A stretch of DNA of 64,000 nucleotides from Octopus vulgaris. Lineage: Eukaryota. The position numbers and the translations under genes were made by a program. The stretch is from the NCBI GenBank assembly GCA_951406725.2, contig OX597817.1:106888001-106952000 (forward strand), in the 5' to 3' direction. Positions 41,201-51,850 of this stretch are shown here, piece after piece (position 1 is the stretch's first letter; each line of letters starts with the position of its first letter). Below the pieces are notes generated by a model. The model was not told the DNA's origin. It ran no database searches and saw only the letters and a program-made list of their open reading frames with translations.

Positions 41201-43499
41201 TTCACACATGCAAGAGAAAAAAAGAACGTTTGGTTATTTCCAAAAAAGAAATTTTTTTCTTTAGCATGACTCAGCTACAAGAACTAAAGTGAATTATTTT
41301 TTGGGGTGTCGATATCCTAGCAACAGATTGTTCGTCTATGAAAATGTGTTGGCGTAAGTGCAGTGTATTTGTAAATGATTTTGGTGTGTATTTCCTTAGT
41401 AACATGCATTTTTCTTTGAACAAGGCATCTGATGGACCACTAAATATATATACATATATATATGTATATATTTGTTTTTTATATCGAGGCCACCATTTTG
41501 TAGTGGCTGTCATTGGCTGTTCAAGTGTGTGTTATTAAATGGAAAAACAGTTAGTACGAATCACCATAAGACATTTTTGTATATAAATGTATTGTTAATT
41601 CCATGTTCACCTTTTGTGGAGGAAGTATGCAGTATGATACAAAAACGTGTGTTTACATACAAAGAAAGTTTTGATTTTTGCTTTTGCATTGAAGGAAGTA
41701 ACATATAATATCTGTATTACAGTATGTGCATGTGTGTAATGAGAACATCATTTTTAGAATGTGTGTGTGATAAAATATCTTCATTTATGAATCATATATC
41801 TTGTGTTGAGGTGAATAGACATATGAGATTGTGTGTGGAGCTGCAGAGAAGACATGTGTCTTTGACCACAGCCTGGCAGGAACTGAGAGTTTTCTAGTGT
41901 AGCTCAGAACAAGGCTACTGTGTCAAAGCAAGGCTAGTGTATCAAAGCAAGTCTAGACACCTCATTAATATATTCATCTGCTGTGCAGGTCAACTCACAT
42001 ATTAATATATAATATGTAACTCTGCTACAAGTCTTTCAAGATATCTTTTCTAATGTCAGTGGCATGACAAATACACCCAATTCTCTAGTCACTCTGCAAA
42101 TGTTTGACAATAGGAAAGGCATCCAGTATAAAAGTCCAAGCTAATTAATCATGTATTATAGCAAACTGAAATGTAAGACTATCTATACTAACAGTAAAAT
42201 GGTACCTACTATGCTAGTGTTGTAAACTGATCGGGCTAGCATTAATGTGAGAAACTCTCTATCGTCATCAAAATGTATCACCATCACCAACAACTATGAG
42301 GGAACAGGCAGAGGGACCTTATGTAGTCACTTGACCTGCTAGAAATACCAACTAAACCTCTAACATCTTACTGTCTTGAACAATGTAGCGTCAGGTATTT
42401 ATAAAAACAAGACAGCCAATAGTTGGAATGCTTTTGATGATAGGTTTGGTCAGTCAGAGCTGACTTGGGGCTAAGCAACAATGACAACATCTATGTAAAG
42501 GCAATTTCCAAAAATTGTCAAAAAAATATCACCCTGGCCCTACATGTAAAGTTAGACCTCCATAAGCTAATTTTGTCCCTGATGCTCACTACTATAAGCT
42601 AATTTTAATCCAGACAGTCTCTTCTACCTAGCTTGACTCTATAATAATGATATTTAATAAATAATTATTACGTATACTGCACTTTTGTAATGTTTTGTAG
42701 TGTACTGTTGGATTGCTTTAGATATTACATACTTTAATGTACTAAAAACTTTTTCCCCTGAATATGCACTGCTGTAACAGGGGTTCATCTAAAATGTCCA
42801 TGCATCTTTTTATGCAATCAAATACAGTATGTGTAGTAATGTACACGGAAACAGCATAGACCGAACTTTGTTGTTTATCCAAAGGACATCCCTAATAAAG
42901 CAGATCTAAGATCAAACCCATTCTGTATTTTTGTATATCAGGGATGTTATCCACTGTATTCCTCTTTGTTTAAGATAGTAGGATGTGATTTGAGTGAAAC
43001 TTGTCTGATACTTTTGACTGGTTGAGTAACTCTGTAGATGCTCCCTGATAATTCAGCCACACAGGTGGGTATAAGAGCCATGTTGACTTTGTTCAACAGG
43101 GAAACGGAGTGACAAACAGTTATGAATAATAATTTGTTTGGTGAGGAATGCACCCATCAACATAGGTTGAGAATGATGAAGATTAGGAAACAAAATAAAA
43201 CTGCAAGAAAGGTATGAAATGAAAATCAAAAAAGATCTCTCTGTCCAGTGAAACTCCAAACAGTATAAGAGGATATCAATATAGAAAGGATACAGAGAAT
43301 AAAGATAAATCGTATAAACAGCTGGGTTTTCTAAAAGATGAACTTGTTGAAAGTTTTTTACCAGTTTTGAGAATGGAACAGAATCCAAGTAGTTAGCAAC
43401 TAACATCAAGTAGGGCTGAGCTATAAAAGTAAAGCCTTAAAGAATTGAAAATAAACATTGTAAGGAACACTTTGACTGTGAAATCCACAAGTTTTTTTT

Positions 43500-43656
43500 A
43501 TTCTTTCTCTGTTTAATTTCTCTTATTCCTTTCTGTTGAAGAGCGTAGGCTCGAAATGTAAAAGACTTTCTCACTTTCCCAAGCATCAAACTAATAAACC
43601 TGCTAGTTGTTCATACACCTGCCTTCATCTTTTGTTTTACAGTAAATTTCAACTTT

Positions 43657-43657
<1 letters not shown>
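43500..43657 (+). mobile_element. PLE tail fragment (family E) ending at (CA)n/(TA)n
   Basis: Homologous in reverse to 51177-51340; carries a minimal HHR-like motif. Confidence 0.6.
43529..43564 (+). ncRNA. Minimal hammerhead-like motif with variant core
   Basis: CTTT-CTGTTGA-A-GAGC gtag GCTC-GAAA-TG-TA-AAAG; helix I CTTT/AAAG, helix II GAGC/GCTC, helix III A(C>T)GT palindrome. Confidence 0.55.
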
Positions 43658-43723
<66 letters not shown>

Positions 43724-43754
43724 GAGAGAGAGGGAGAGAGGGGGTGAGAGAGAT

Positions 43755-43964
43755 ATGAGGGGATACTGAAAAGTTCCTGGCTTGGGGTAAAAGAAAATAC
43801 AGGAGGATTTGATTTTATTCAATGTATTCTCACTTCAGATTCACACACTTACTGCAGTGGTCTTTCAGTCTTTCTAAGCCCTGTAAAAAAACTTGGAAAG
43901 TTGGGCCTTCAACCAGGCCTTTCATGATCCCTTGAAGCCAGGAACTTTTCAGCATCCCTTCGTA
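43755..43964. mobile_element. MITE (copy 3)
   Basis: TIRs gggatactgaaaagttcctggc / gccaggaacttttcagcatccc. Confidence 0.8.
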
Positions 43965-45545
43965 TATGTGTGTGTGTGTGTGTGCATGCGCATATCCTAC
44001 TTAACATGGACATACAATTTGGTACTAATACTGCTTCTATTGTTAATAACTAATTTTTACCCAGCCCGCCAGCTATCTGCTTATTAGTTACTGTTTTTCT
44101 GTGTATTAGTAGCAACTAAGTGAGGGTAGCATGCAGTGATAGTGGATATCTGTTGCTGATGACACACAAATACACAGAAACCATGTGATCTAGCTGAACA
44201 TTTTTCACCTGCTACTGATACTTCTGTGTATTTTAGCACTATACATCTATACAAGATTCTTTCTCAAGACAAATACCTATCTAGGGATATATTTTTCTTC
44301 ATCAAATATATTTATAGTTATGTTTATATAACATCATATATAAACTATACAAACGATATAATGCCATATATACATGCTTGTCCATCATTTATCTCTTTAT
44401 TACACATTGAGCTACCCATTTCTTATAGTGAACTCTTATCCCAAGGAATCATTTTACTTTGATTAGAAGGTTGGATTATAAAAATCTAGACAAGTCCAAA
44501 CAATAATCCAGTTTTTATCTATTATTATACACTTGCTCTAGTGTCTTCTCACCCAGTGTGTGTGTGTGTGTGTGTGCGCGCAAAAACCTGTTCAATGTCT
44601 ATAACAAAACAATATACTGAAAACTTAATTTTGCTGTAAAATAATAATTAAAACTGCTTACAGCCATAAGTCATGGAACAGCAAGTCCAAGACATGTTTT
44701 GAGGTATTTTACACAAATTTTAATGCTATAAACATTAAATATAAATTAACATAGCTAGCTGTCTGGGTAAACGATGCATGACAGTCTGTTTAATTAGATG
44801 TGTCTGTGTACATATATACATTAGAAGTAAATAGGTCTCCATTCTACCTTTTCATTAGCATGAAAGCAACTGAGTATTCCACAGTCAGATGTAGCCTTAA
44901 TTTTTTGGGACAGACGCAGTGCATGACATAGTGTATAAAAAGAATGACCCTTTGAATTATAAGAACAGTTTTTTGTCAACCCACTTTCAGTTTCAAGGCT
45001 TGGATTAAAGATGCCAGGCAATAGGACTTCATGATAACGGAGCAAAGGCAATAAGACTTTATGATAATGAAACAAATTTCTTAACCATTCAACAATGCTG
45101 CATATGCACATTCACACACATGTATGTCTTGGGTGTTCAGTTAGATGTACGACTACTACTGTATGAATTAGAGCTTCATGTAGATTACTATTATCCACTT
45201 GGCTTCCAGTATAGTGGTTAGTTCGCCACTCTACATAGCAGTGTTACTAGTTATGATATACAGAACATAAGTAGTGGAATTAAGATAAAAACTAGAGTAA
45301 ATATTAAGTTCCTGTACATGTTTCACCATTGCAATCACTTTCAACTCACTACTGAATGTTCCAAATGCATTTGGATGCCTGTCTGCAATGGATCATCGGT
45401 GAAACACTATATTGCATTCTGTTACCAAGATCAAAAATTATTTGCTACCAAGCAAGGTAATATGTTCCCTGATTTCTTGAACGTGTGTGTGTGTTTGCAT
45501 ATACATATCTTTGTGAAATCATATTTAGCCATTCATTGTGCTGCT

Positions 45546-45586
<41 letters not shown>

Positions 45587-45598
45587 ATGTACATATAT

Positions 45599-45631
<33 letters not shown>

Positions 45632-46358
45632 TTTAAATATTTGTTGTGCAAGATTTTTTATGTGAAGTCGTGTGTTGAAACAGATATTGTTATATTTCGG
45701 AATGGTCATATTGCCAGTTTAGCCAATAAAAACACACGCACTATATATTTGGTGTTATTTTGCTTCAGTGATATTTATTTTTTACATTAATCTTAATCTT
45801 ATTTCGGCCAAAGTTCTTTCGTCACACTCCTGTGACCGCATGAGTGGTCCTTTGTTTTCTTCTCACTTACTTGTGTCTCTCCTTACTAACCGTCAGCCAT
45901 TTTGTATTTCTATTGTATGTCTTCATTTGCGCATGCTTATATCTCTATGTGCGTCTATGTTTATTTAGTGTGTGTGTGGGGGGGATGCCTGTAATATTTG
46001 TATCTTCTGGTTATATACATTCTTGTAATTTGTATTTTGTTTTTGTTGTTGTTGCTTTTGTTCTAATTTTGTTCATGTGTTTACATCCACCCATTATCAT
46101 CATTACATATGCTTGTATGTATGTATAACAACAATATTAGTAATAATAATAATAAATCTAATCGAAAAAAAAAAAAAAAAAGAATATACATATACACATA
46201 TATATATACATACACATACATATACATATATATATATATACATATATACACACATATATACACATATACATATATATACACATATACATATATATAGATA
46301 TTCATTTCTATTTCTTTAATTACCTGTGTATTTATTATGTTTGCAGGATCCACTATTG

Positions 46359-49202
46359 TCATATGTTGTGGTGTGCGCTATTGCTCCATTCTAGTTTTCT
46401 ATTCAGGCTAGGTTTATTTTCTATTATATGTGTAGCTTCTGTAATTTGTCTAATTGTTGCATCTGTTCTATGTGTGGACAATATCTTAATCTCTATGTTA
46501 TTGATTGATCCCCCGTGTTCTTGTTCGGCGTGTTGGTACAGAATCGATGAGCTTTTACCTTCCTTGAGTTGTCTCCAATGTTCATTCACCCGCTCACCAA
46601 TGCTTCTTGCAGTTTCCCCTACGTATGTTACTGTCTTGTTACTGCATTGTCCCTCTATACATCTTATACTATAGACCACATTTCTGGCTTTACAGTTCGT
46701 TTGTGGGCTAAATCTACATACAGTGCAATAGTTATCCGTACAGAGAGTTCTACTAAAAGGATAGCTTCTACCAATTATAGATCTGATAGGGTTGCCTGGC
46801 TTTTCAACAACCTTAATTCTTAGTTTAAGTTTATCTAGGGTCCTTCTAAAGCGGTACGCTAGTTCACCTCCAGGGGTGGTGTCAACGAACATGACACTCT
46901 GGTATTTATGGCTATCATACCAAGAGTTGGCCTTCCCTATTTTCTTTTTTTTTTTTTTTGTCCTTTCTATAGTGTTCCATGACTTGTTCCTATAGAGTGG
47001 GCAAATCCCATTCCTATCATTACATAATATATTATCAAATTTTTTCATGGCTCCTTTGTATACTCTGATCCTTTCTTTATGGCTGTAACCTGAGAACTGC
47101 ATGCGGTGAATGAAATACTGTATGTGTCTCTTTAATTCTGTAGGCTCGCACATGCGTGACACATTTCTCATTATTCTGACGAGGTCTGCCATCAAAATAT
47201 TGAATTTGGCATTGCCCGCAATGGCTGAGTTCCGGTGGATCAGGTATTTTGAGGCCATAGGTTTTGCATAGTATGAATGAAGGATTTGGGTTTGGGTTTG
47301 GGTTTTATTTTTTACAATTTCTAGCCAGAGTTCAGTGTCTAGTACTGGTAGTCTATGGTTGGGGTGTTTAGTGGGGTAGTCTATTGTGACCTTAATACTC
47401 TGGTGGATGGAGTTAGCTATTTGCTGGATGCTCTCCATAGTATTAGTTTCTATTACTATATCAACAGTACTCTCTTGTGGGGGTGCCTTTACTACTATAT
47501 TGATATCATCAACATAGCGAGAGTACATGTTTACGAGTATGGATTTCTGCAGTAGGCATTCTTTAAGCCTTCTGTCCCACCATACCATGAAGAGGTTGGC
47601 CACATCACCAGCGATACTAACACCGATGGCTGCCCCCTCGTCCTGGGCATATATTTTATTATTAAATTTAAATGTGTGGCCTTTTAGGGTAACTCTTATA
47701 CTAGCTCCTAGTGCATGTGCGATCATTTTCTTTACCTGATGGACATTTGCGGGGCTCCGTATGGCTCTGGTCCATCCGCGCCATCTTTCTATATGTGTCT
47801 TCCTAGCCATAGAAGTAATTGTAGGCGGTCTACCTCTTAAACATCTACTGGGGCAGAAACTACTAAGATTATGTTTATCTAAGTATTCACTATTATATGT
47901 CAGTCTAAGTAGGAGGCCCAGTTCTTCTGTGTCGACATTACAGAACTCCACCTGGCTCTCGTTGATCATCTCCACGCACTTCTCCACTGCAAAATCTACG
48001 TCAATCGATGGGTATAGGGATACCACATCCATGCTACCTACTATACATCCTGTCAAGTCACAAGTTTTGTTACAGTCACTGATCCTGCTTAGGAGATCTT
48101 CTGTGCTGTCACACACATCAGGTGACATCCTGATTATAGGGCGTATGATCATTGAGAGGAAGTAGGAGATTCTGTAATTGCTAGCGATATTCGCTCCACA
48201 GACTGGTCTTGTTGGTGGTCCTGCTATAGGGTCAGTAAAACCTTTATGGTCCTTGCGAAGTCCATACAGTGCTGGGATATCATTGTTCCAGGCTTGGAAA
48301 TTCTTTGCAGTACGTTTCTGAGGTCCCAGAACAATTGTCCACATCATCATGTGGGCATTGAGGACCTTTTCTCTCTCCTCATGCGCCTGTACAGTTGTTA
48401 CTTTTGTATTGGCGATATGAGGTTGCATTGCCTGGATGTAGTTCGGTAAGCTGTCTATTGACATCCTGCCGGACTTATCTGTGGGAAGGCATATCACCTC
48501 TCCGTTCCTCGTGCGCTGAATGAGCTTCTGTAGGCCACATGCAGGTTTAATCCCTAGTTGTTGGGCATCTGTCTTATTCTGTCTCTGTCTCTTAATGTAT
48601 AATCCTAAAATCTGTCTAAGTTTGGTCCTAGCTATAGTGAACTGTGCTTCCATGTGGTCATTAGTACGTCTTGGGATGTATACTCTTTTGTTGAAGGGTA
48701 ATGTTGTTGGATAAATTCGGTTCATGCAGTAAGTTTTGTCGCATACGTTGAAGAATTGAGTGTCAAAGGGATGGGTATACATGTCAATGGTCTCTCTAGG
48801 GTTATCTTCATTATCGTTACTGTTTCCAACATCAGCCTTCCTATTATTATTATCACCATTACCACTACTACTACTACTAGTATTCCTATTACCACCACAA
48901 TTAATACTACTATCCTCATTACTACTTCTACTGTTACCATCACCACTACTACTACCACTATTATTGTTATTACCTTTATTCCTACCATTGCCATTATTAC
49001 TATCATCGCTAGTGATATATTCATTGTTCCTGTTTCTGGTATATGTGTTGTTTATATTAGTGTTGGGTTTTATGTCTGTCTGTTGGTCCCTGTCAATCCC
49101 CCTGTTGCGGTCGTTATTTTTGTTCCTATGAGTATTGTTATCTGTTTCAAGTCCGCTGACTCCCTGTCCAAGGATCCTGTTGCATTCAACTTTATTCTCC
49201 AT
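46359..49202 (-). CDS. PLE polyprotein: Asn-rich N-terminus, reverse transcriptase, Cys-rich linker, GIY-YIG endonuclease (frame open upstream to ~49517, so probably 5'-truncated)
   Basis: 947-aa uninterrupted ORF; GSMDVVSLYPSI, YAQDEGAAIGVSIAGDVANLFM, YSRYVDDI, LPVLDTELW; CTDNYCTVC; NVVYSIRC...TYVGETARSIGERVNEH...TEATHI...PSLN. Confidence 0.93.
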   Translation of the reverse strand: MENKVECNRILGQGVSGLETDNNTHRNKNNDRNRGIDRDQQTDIKPNTNINNTYTRNRNNEYITSDDSNNGNGRNKGNNNNSGSSSGDGNSRSSNEDSSINCGGNRNTSSSSSGNGDNNNRKADVGNSNDNEDNPRETIDMYTHPFDTQFFNVCDKTYCMNRIYPTTLPFNKRVYIPRRTNDHMEAQFTIARTKLRQILGLYIKRQRQNKTDAQQLGIKPACGLQKLIQRTRNGEVICLPTDKSGRMSIDSLPNYIQAMQPHIANTKVTTVQAHEEREKVLNAHMMMWTIVLGPQKRTAKNFQAWNNDIPALYGLRKDHKGFTDPIAGPPTRPVCGANIASNYRISYFLSMIIRPIIRMSPDVCDSTEDLLSRISDCNKTCDLTGCIVGSMDVVSLYPSIDVDFAVEKCVEMINESQVEFCNVDTEELGLLLRLTYNSEYLDKHNLSSFCPSRCLRGRPPTITSMARKTHIERWRGWTRAIRSPANVHQVKKMIAHALGASIRVTLKGHTFKFNNKIYAQDEGAAIGVSIAGDVANLFMVWWDRRLKECLLQKSILVNMYSRYVDDINIVVKAPPQESTVDIVIETNTMESIQQIANSIHQSIKVTIDYPTKHPNHRLPVLDTELWLEIVKNKTQTQTQILHSYYAKPMASKYLIHRNSAIAGNAKFNILMADLVRIMRNVSRMCEPTELKRHIQYFIHRMQFSGYSHKERIRVYKGAMKKFDNILCNDRNGICPLYRNKSWNTIERTKKKKKKIGKANSWYDSHKYQSVMFVDTTPGGELAYRFRRTLDKLKLRIKVVEKPGNPIRSIIGRSYPFSRTLCTDNYCTVCRFSPQTNCKARNVVYSIRCIEGQCSNKTVTYVGETARSIGERVNEHWRQLKEGKSSSILYQHAEQEHGGSINNIEIKILSTHRTDATIRQITEATHIIENKPSLNRKLEWSNSAHHNI

Positions 49203-49517
49203 CGCGACCCCTATGACACAACTTTTATTCGTGTCTTTGTGACTATGGCTATCTGTGTGTGTGTTTGTGTGTCGGTTCTCCCTATAATTGTTGTTGTTGT
49301 TGCTGTTGTATACGATTTTTCTCTCTCTGTTTGTGTTTTTGTTTTTGTATCTATTGTTTGTGTCTATGCATACATTTTTTCTATTGTTATTGTTGTTGTC
49401 GCTGTTAGGGTTGTTGTTGTTGTTGCCGCTGTTAGGGTTCGTGTTGCTTTTGTTGCTACGGTTGTTATTGTTGCGGTCATTATTGTTTGTGTTGTTGTTG
49501 CTGCGGTTAGTGTTTTT

Positions 49518-50486
49518 CTCTGGCTAGAAATTGTGAAAAATAAAACCCAAACCCAAACCCAAATCCTTCATTCATACTATGCAAAACCTATGGCCTCAAA
49601 ATACCTGATCCACCGGAACTCAGCCATTGCGGGCAATGCCAAATTCAATATTTTGATGGCAGACCTCGTCAGAATAATGAGAAATGTGTCACGCATGTGC
49701 GAGCCTACAGAATTAAAGAGACACATACAGTATTTCATTCACCGCATGCAGTTCTCAGGTTACAGCCATAAAGAAAGGATCAGAGTATACAAAGGAGCCA
49801 TGAAAAAATTTGATAATATATTATGTAATGATAGGAATGGGATTTGCCCACTCTATAGGAACAAGTCATGGAACACTATAGAAAGGACAAAAAAAAAAAA
49901 GAAAATAGGGAAGGCCAACTCTTGGTATGATAGCCATAAATACCAGAGTGTCATGTTCGTTGACACCACCCCTGGAGGTGAACTGGCGTACCGCTTTAGA
50001 AGGACCCTAGATAAACTTAAACTAAGAATTAAGGTTGTTGAAAAGCCAGGCAACCCTATCAGATCTATAATTGGTAGAAGCTATCCTTTTAGTAGAACTC
50101 TCTGTACGGATAACTATTGCACTGTATGTAGATTTAGCCCACAAACGAACTGTAAAGCCAGAAATGTGGTCTATAGTATAAGATGTATAGAGGGACAATG
50201 CAGTAACAAGACAGTAACATACGTAGGGGAAACTGCAAGAAGCATTGGTGAGCGGGTGAATGAACATTGGAGACAACTCAAGGAAGGTAAAAGCTCATCG
50301 ATTCTGTACCAACACGCCGAACAAGAACACGGGGGATCAATCAATAACATAGAGATTAAGATATTGTCCACACATAGAACAGATGCAACAATTAGACAAA
50401 TTACAGAAGCTACACATATAATAGAAAATAAACCTAGCCTGAATAGAAAACTAGAATGGAGCAATAGCGCACACCACAACATATGA
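49518..50486 (+). CDS. Inverted duplicate of the PLE C-terminal ~322 codons (thumb plus GIY-YIG), lacking its native start
   Basis: LWLEIVKNKTQ...WSNSAHHNI identical to the minus-strand ORF apart from one Lys in the poly-K run. Confidence 0.8.
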   Translation, partial: LWLEIVKNKTQTQTQILHSYYAKPMASKYLIHRNSAIAGNAKFNILMADLVRIMRNVSRMCEPTELKRHIQYFIHRMQFSGYSHKERIRVYKGAMKKFDNILCNDRNGICPLYRNKSWNTIERTKKKKKIGKANSWYDSHKYQSVMFVDTTPGGELAYRFRRTLDKLKLRIKVVEKPGNPIRSIIGRSYPFSRTLCTDNYCTVCRFSPQTNCKARNVVYSIRCIEGQCSNKTVTYVGETARSIGERVNEHWRQLKEGKSSSILYQHAEQEHGGSINNIEIKILSTHRTDATIRQITEATHIIENKPSLNRKLEWSNSAHHNI

Positions 50487-51176
50487 CAATAGTGGATCCT
50501 GCAAACATAATAAATACACAGGTAATTAAAGAAATAGAAATGAATATCTATATATATGTATATGTGTATATATATGTATATGTGTATATATGTGTGTATA
50601 TATGTATATATATATATATGTATATGTATGTGTATGTATATATATATGTGTATATGTATATTCTTTTTTTTTTTTTTTTTTTCGATTAGATTTATTATTA
50701 TTATTACTAATATTGTTGTTATACATACATACAAGCATATGTAATGATGATAATGGGTGGATGTAAACACATGAACAAAATTAGAACAAAAGCAACAACA
50801 ACAAAAACAAAATACAAATTACAAGAATGTATATAACCAGAAGATACAAATATTACAGGCATCCCCCCCACACACACACTAAATAAACATAGACGCACAT
50901 AGAGATATAAGCATGCGCAAATGAAGACATACAATAGAAATACAAAATGGCTGACGGTTAGTAAGGAGAGACACAAGTAAGTGAGAAGAAAACAAAGGAC
51001 CACTCATGCGGTCACAGGAGTGTGACGAAAGAACTTTGGCCGAAATAAGATTAAGATTAATGTAAAAAATAAATATCACTGAAGCAAAATAACACCAAAT
51101 ATATAGTGCGTGTGTTTTTATTGGCTAAACTGGCAATATGACCATTCCGAAATATAACAATATATATATATATATA

Positions 51177-51340
51177 ATTGGAAATTACAAGAAAACGAAA
51201 GACAAAGACAGGTGTATAAGCAACAAACAGGTGTATTAGTTTAACGCCCAGAAAGGTGAGAAAAGTATTTTATATTTCAAGCCTACGCTCTCCAACAGAA
51301 AGGAACATGAGAAAATAAAGAGAGAGAGAATAAAAAACTT
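51177..51340 (-). mobile_element. PLE tail fragment (family E), decayed, abutting the young PLE
   Basis: Reverse complement matches 43500-43657, including ctttctgttggagagcgtaggcttgaaatataaaa. Confidence 0.55.
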
Positions 51341-51639
51341 TAGTAGTCAATATATAAAGTAGTACTTCCCCTTTTTATGGAAGACTGGAAACAAACAACA
51401 TCACATGACAAAACAAGGGTGTACACAAACACATACATGTGTGTGTGTGTGTATTTGTATATCACAATATATACACAATGGGCTTCTTCCATTTTCCATT
51501 TACCAAATCCACTCAGAAGCTCTCAGAAGGGCTATAGTAAAAGATACATGCTCAAGATGTCATGTAGTGGGACTGACTGAGAGCACACAGCCCTCTCTCT
51601 CTCCCTCTCCCCCCCTCTCTCTCTCTCTCTCTCTATGTA

Positions 51640-51805
51640 TCATCATCATCATCGTTTAATGTCCACTTTCTATGCTGGCATGGGTTGGATGGTTTGACTC
51701 AGGACTGACAAACCAAGAGGTTGCACCAGGCTCCAATCTGATTTGGCAAGGTTTCTACAGCTGGATGCCCTTCCTAACACCAACCACTCCGAGAGTATAG
51801 TAGGT
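51640..51805 (-). mobile_element. RTE 3' tail fragment
   Basis: (cat)n then catgctggcatgggttgga...ctggatgcccttcctaa. Confidence 0.75.
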
Positions 51806-51850
51806 GTGTGCTATATATATATTTATTTATTTATTCGTTCATTCATTTAT

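Larger units (their letters stand above)
45631..51163. mobile_element. Young Penelope-like retroelement with head-to-head inverted 3' segment, inserted in (TA)n
   Basis: Minus-strand RT/GIY-YIG ORF; arms 45684-47330 and 49518-51163 near-identical in inverted orientation; (TA)n on both flanks. Confidence 0.93.

Noticed and set aside
46359-49202. Selenoprotein-encoding or N-terminal-endonuclease (Naiad-type) PLE
   Set aside because: No in-frame TGA in the ORF and the endonuclease is C-terminal
51076-51165. Alternative HHR in the young PLE using CTGAAGC or CTGGCAA with the GAAA at ~51149
   Set aside because: No convincing helix I or helix II
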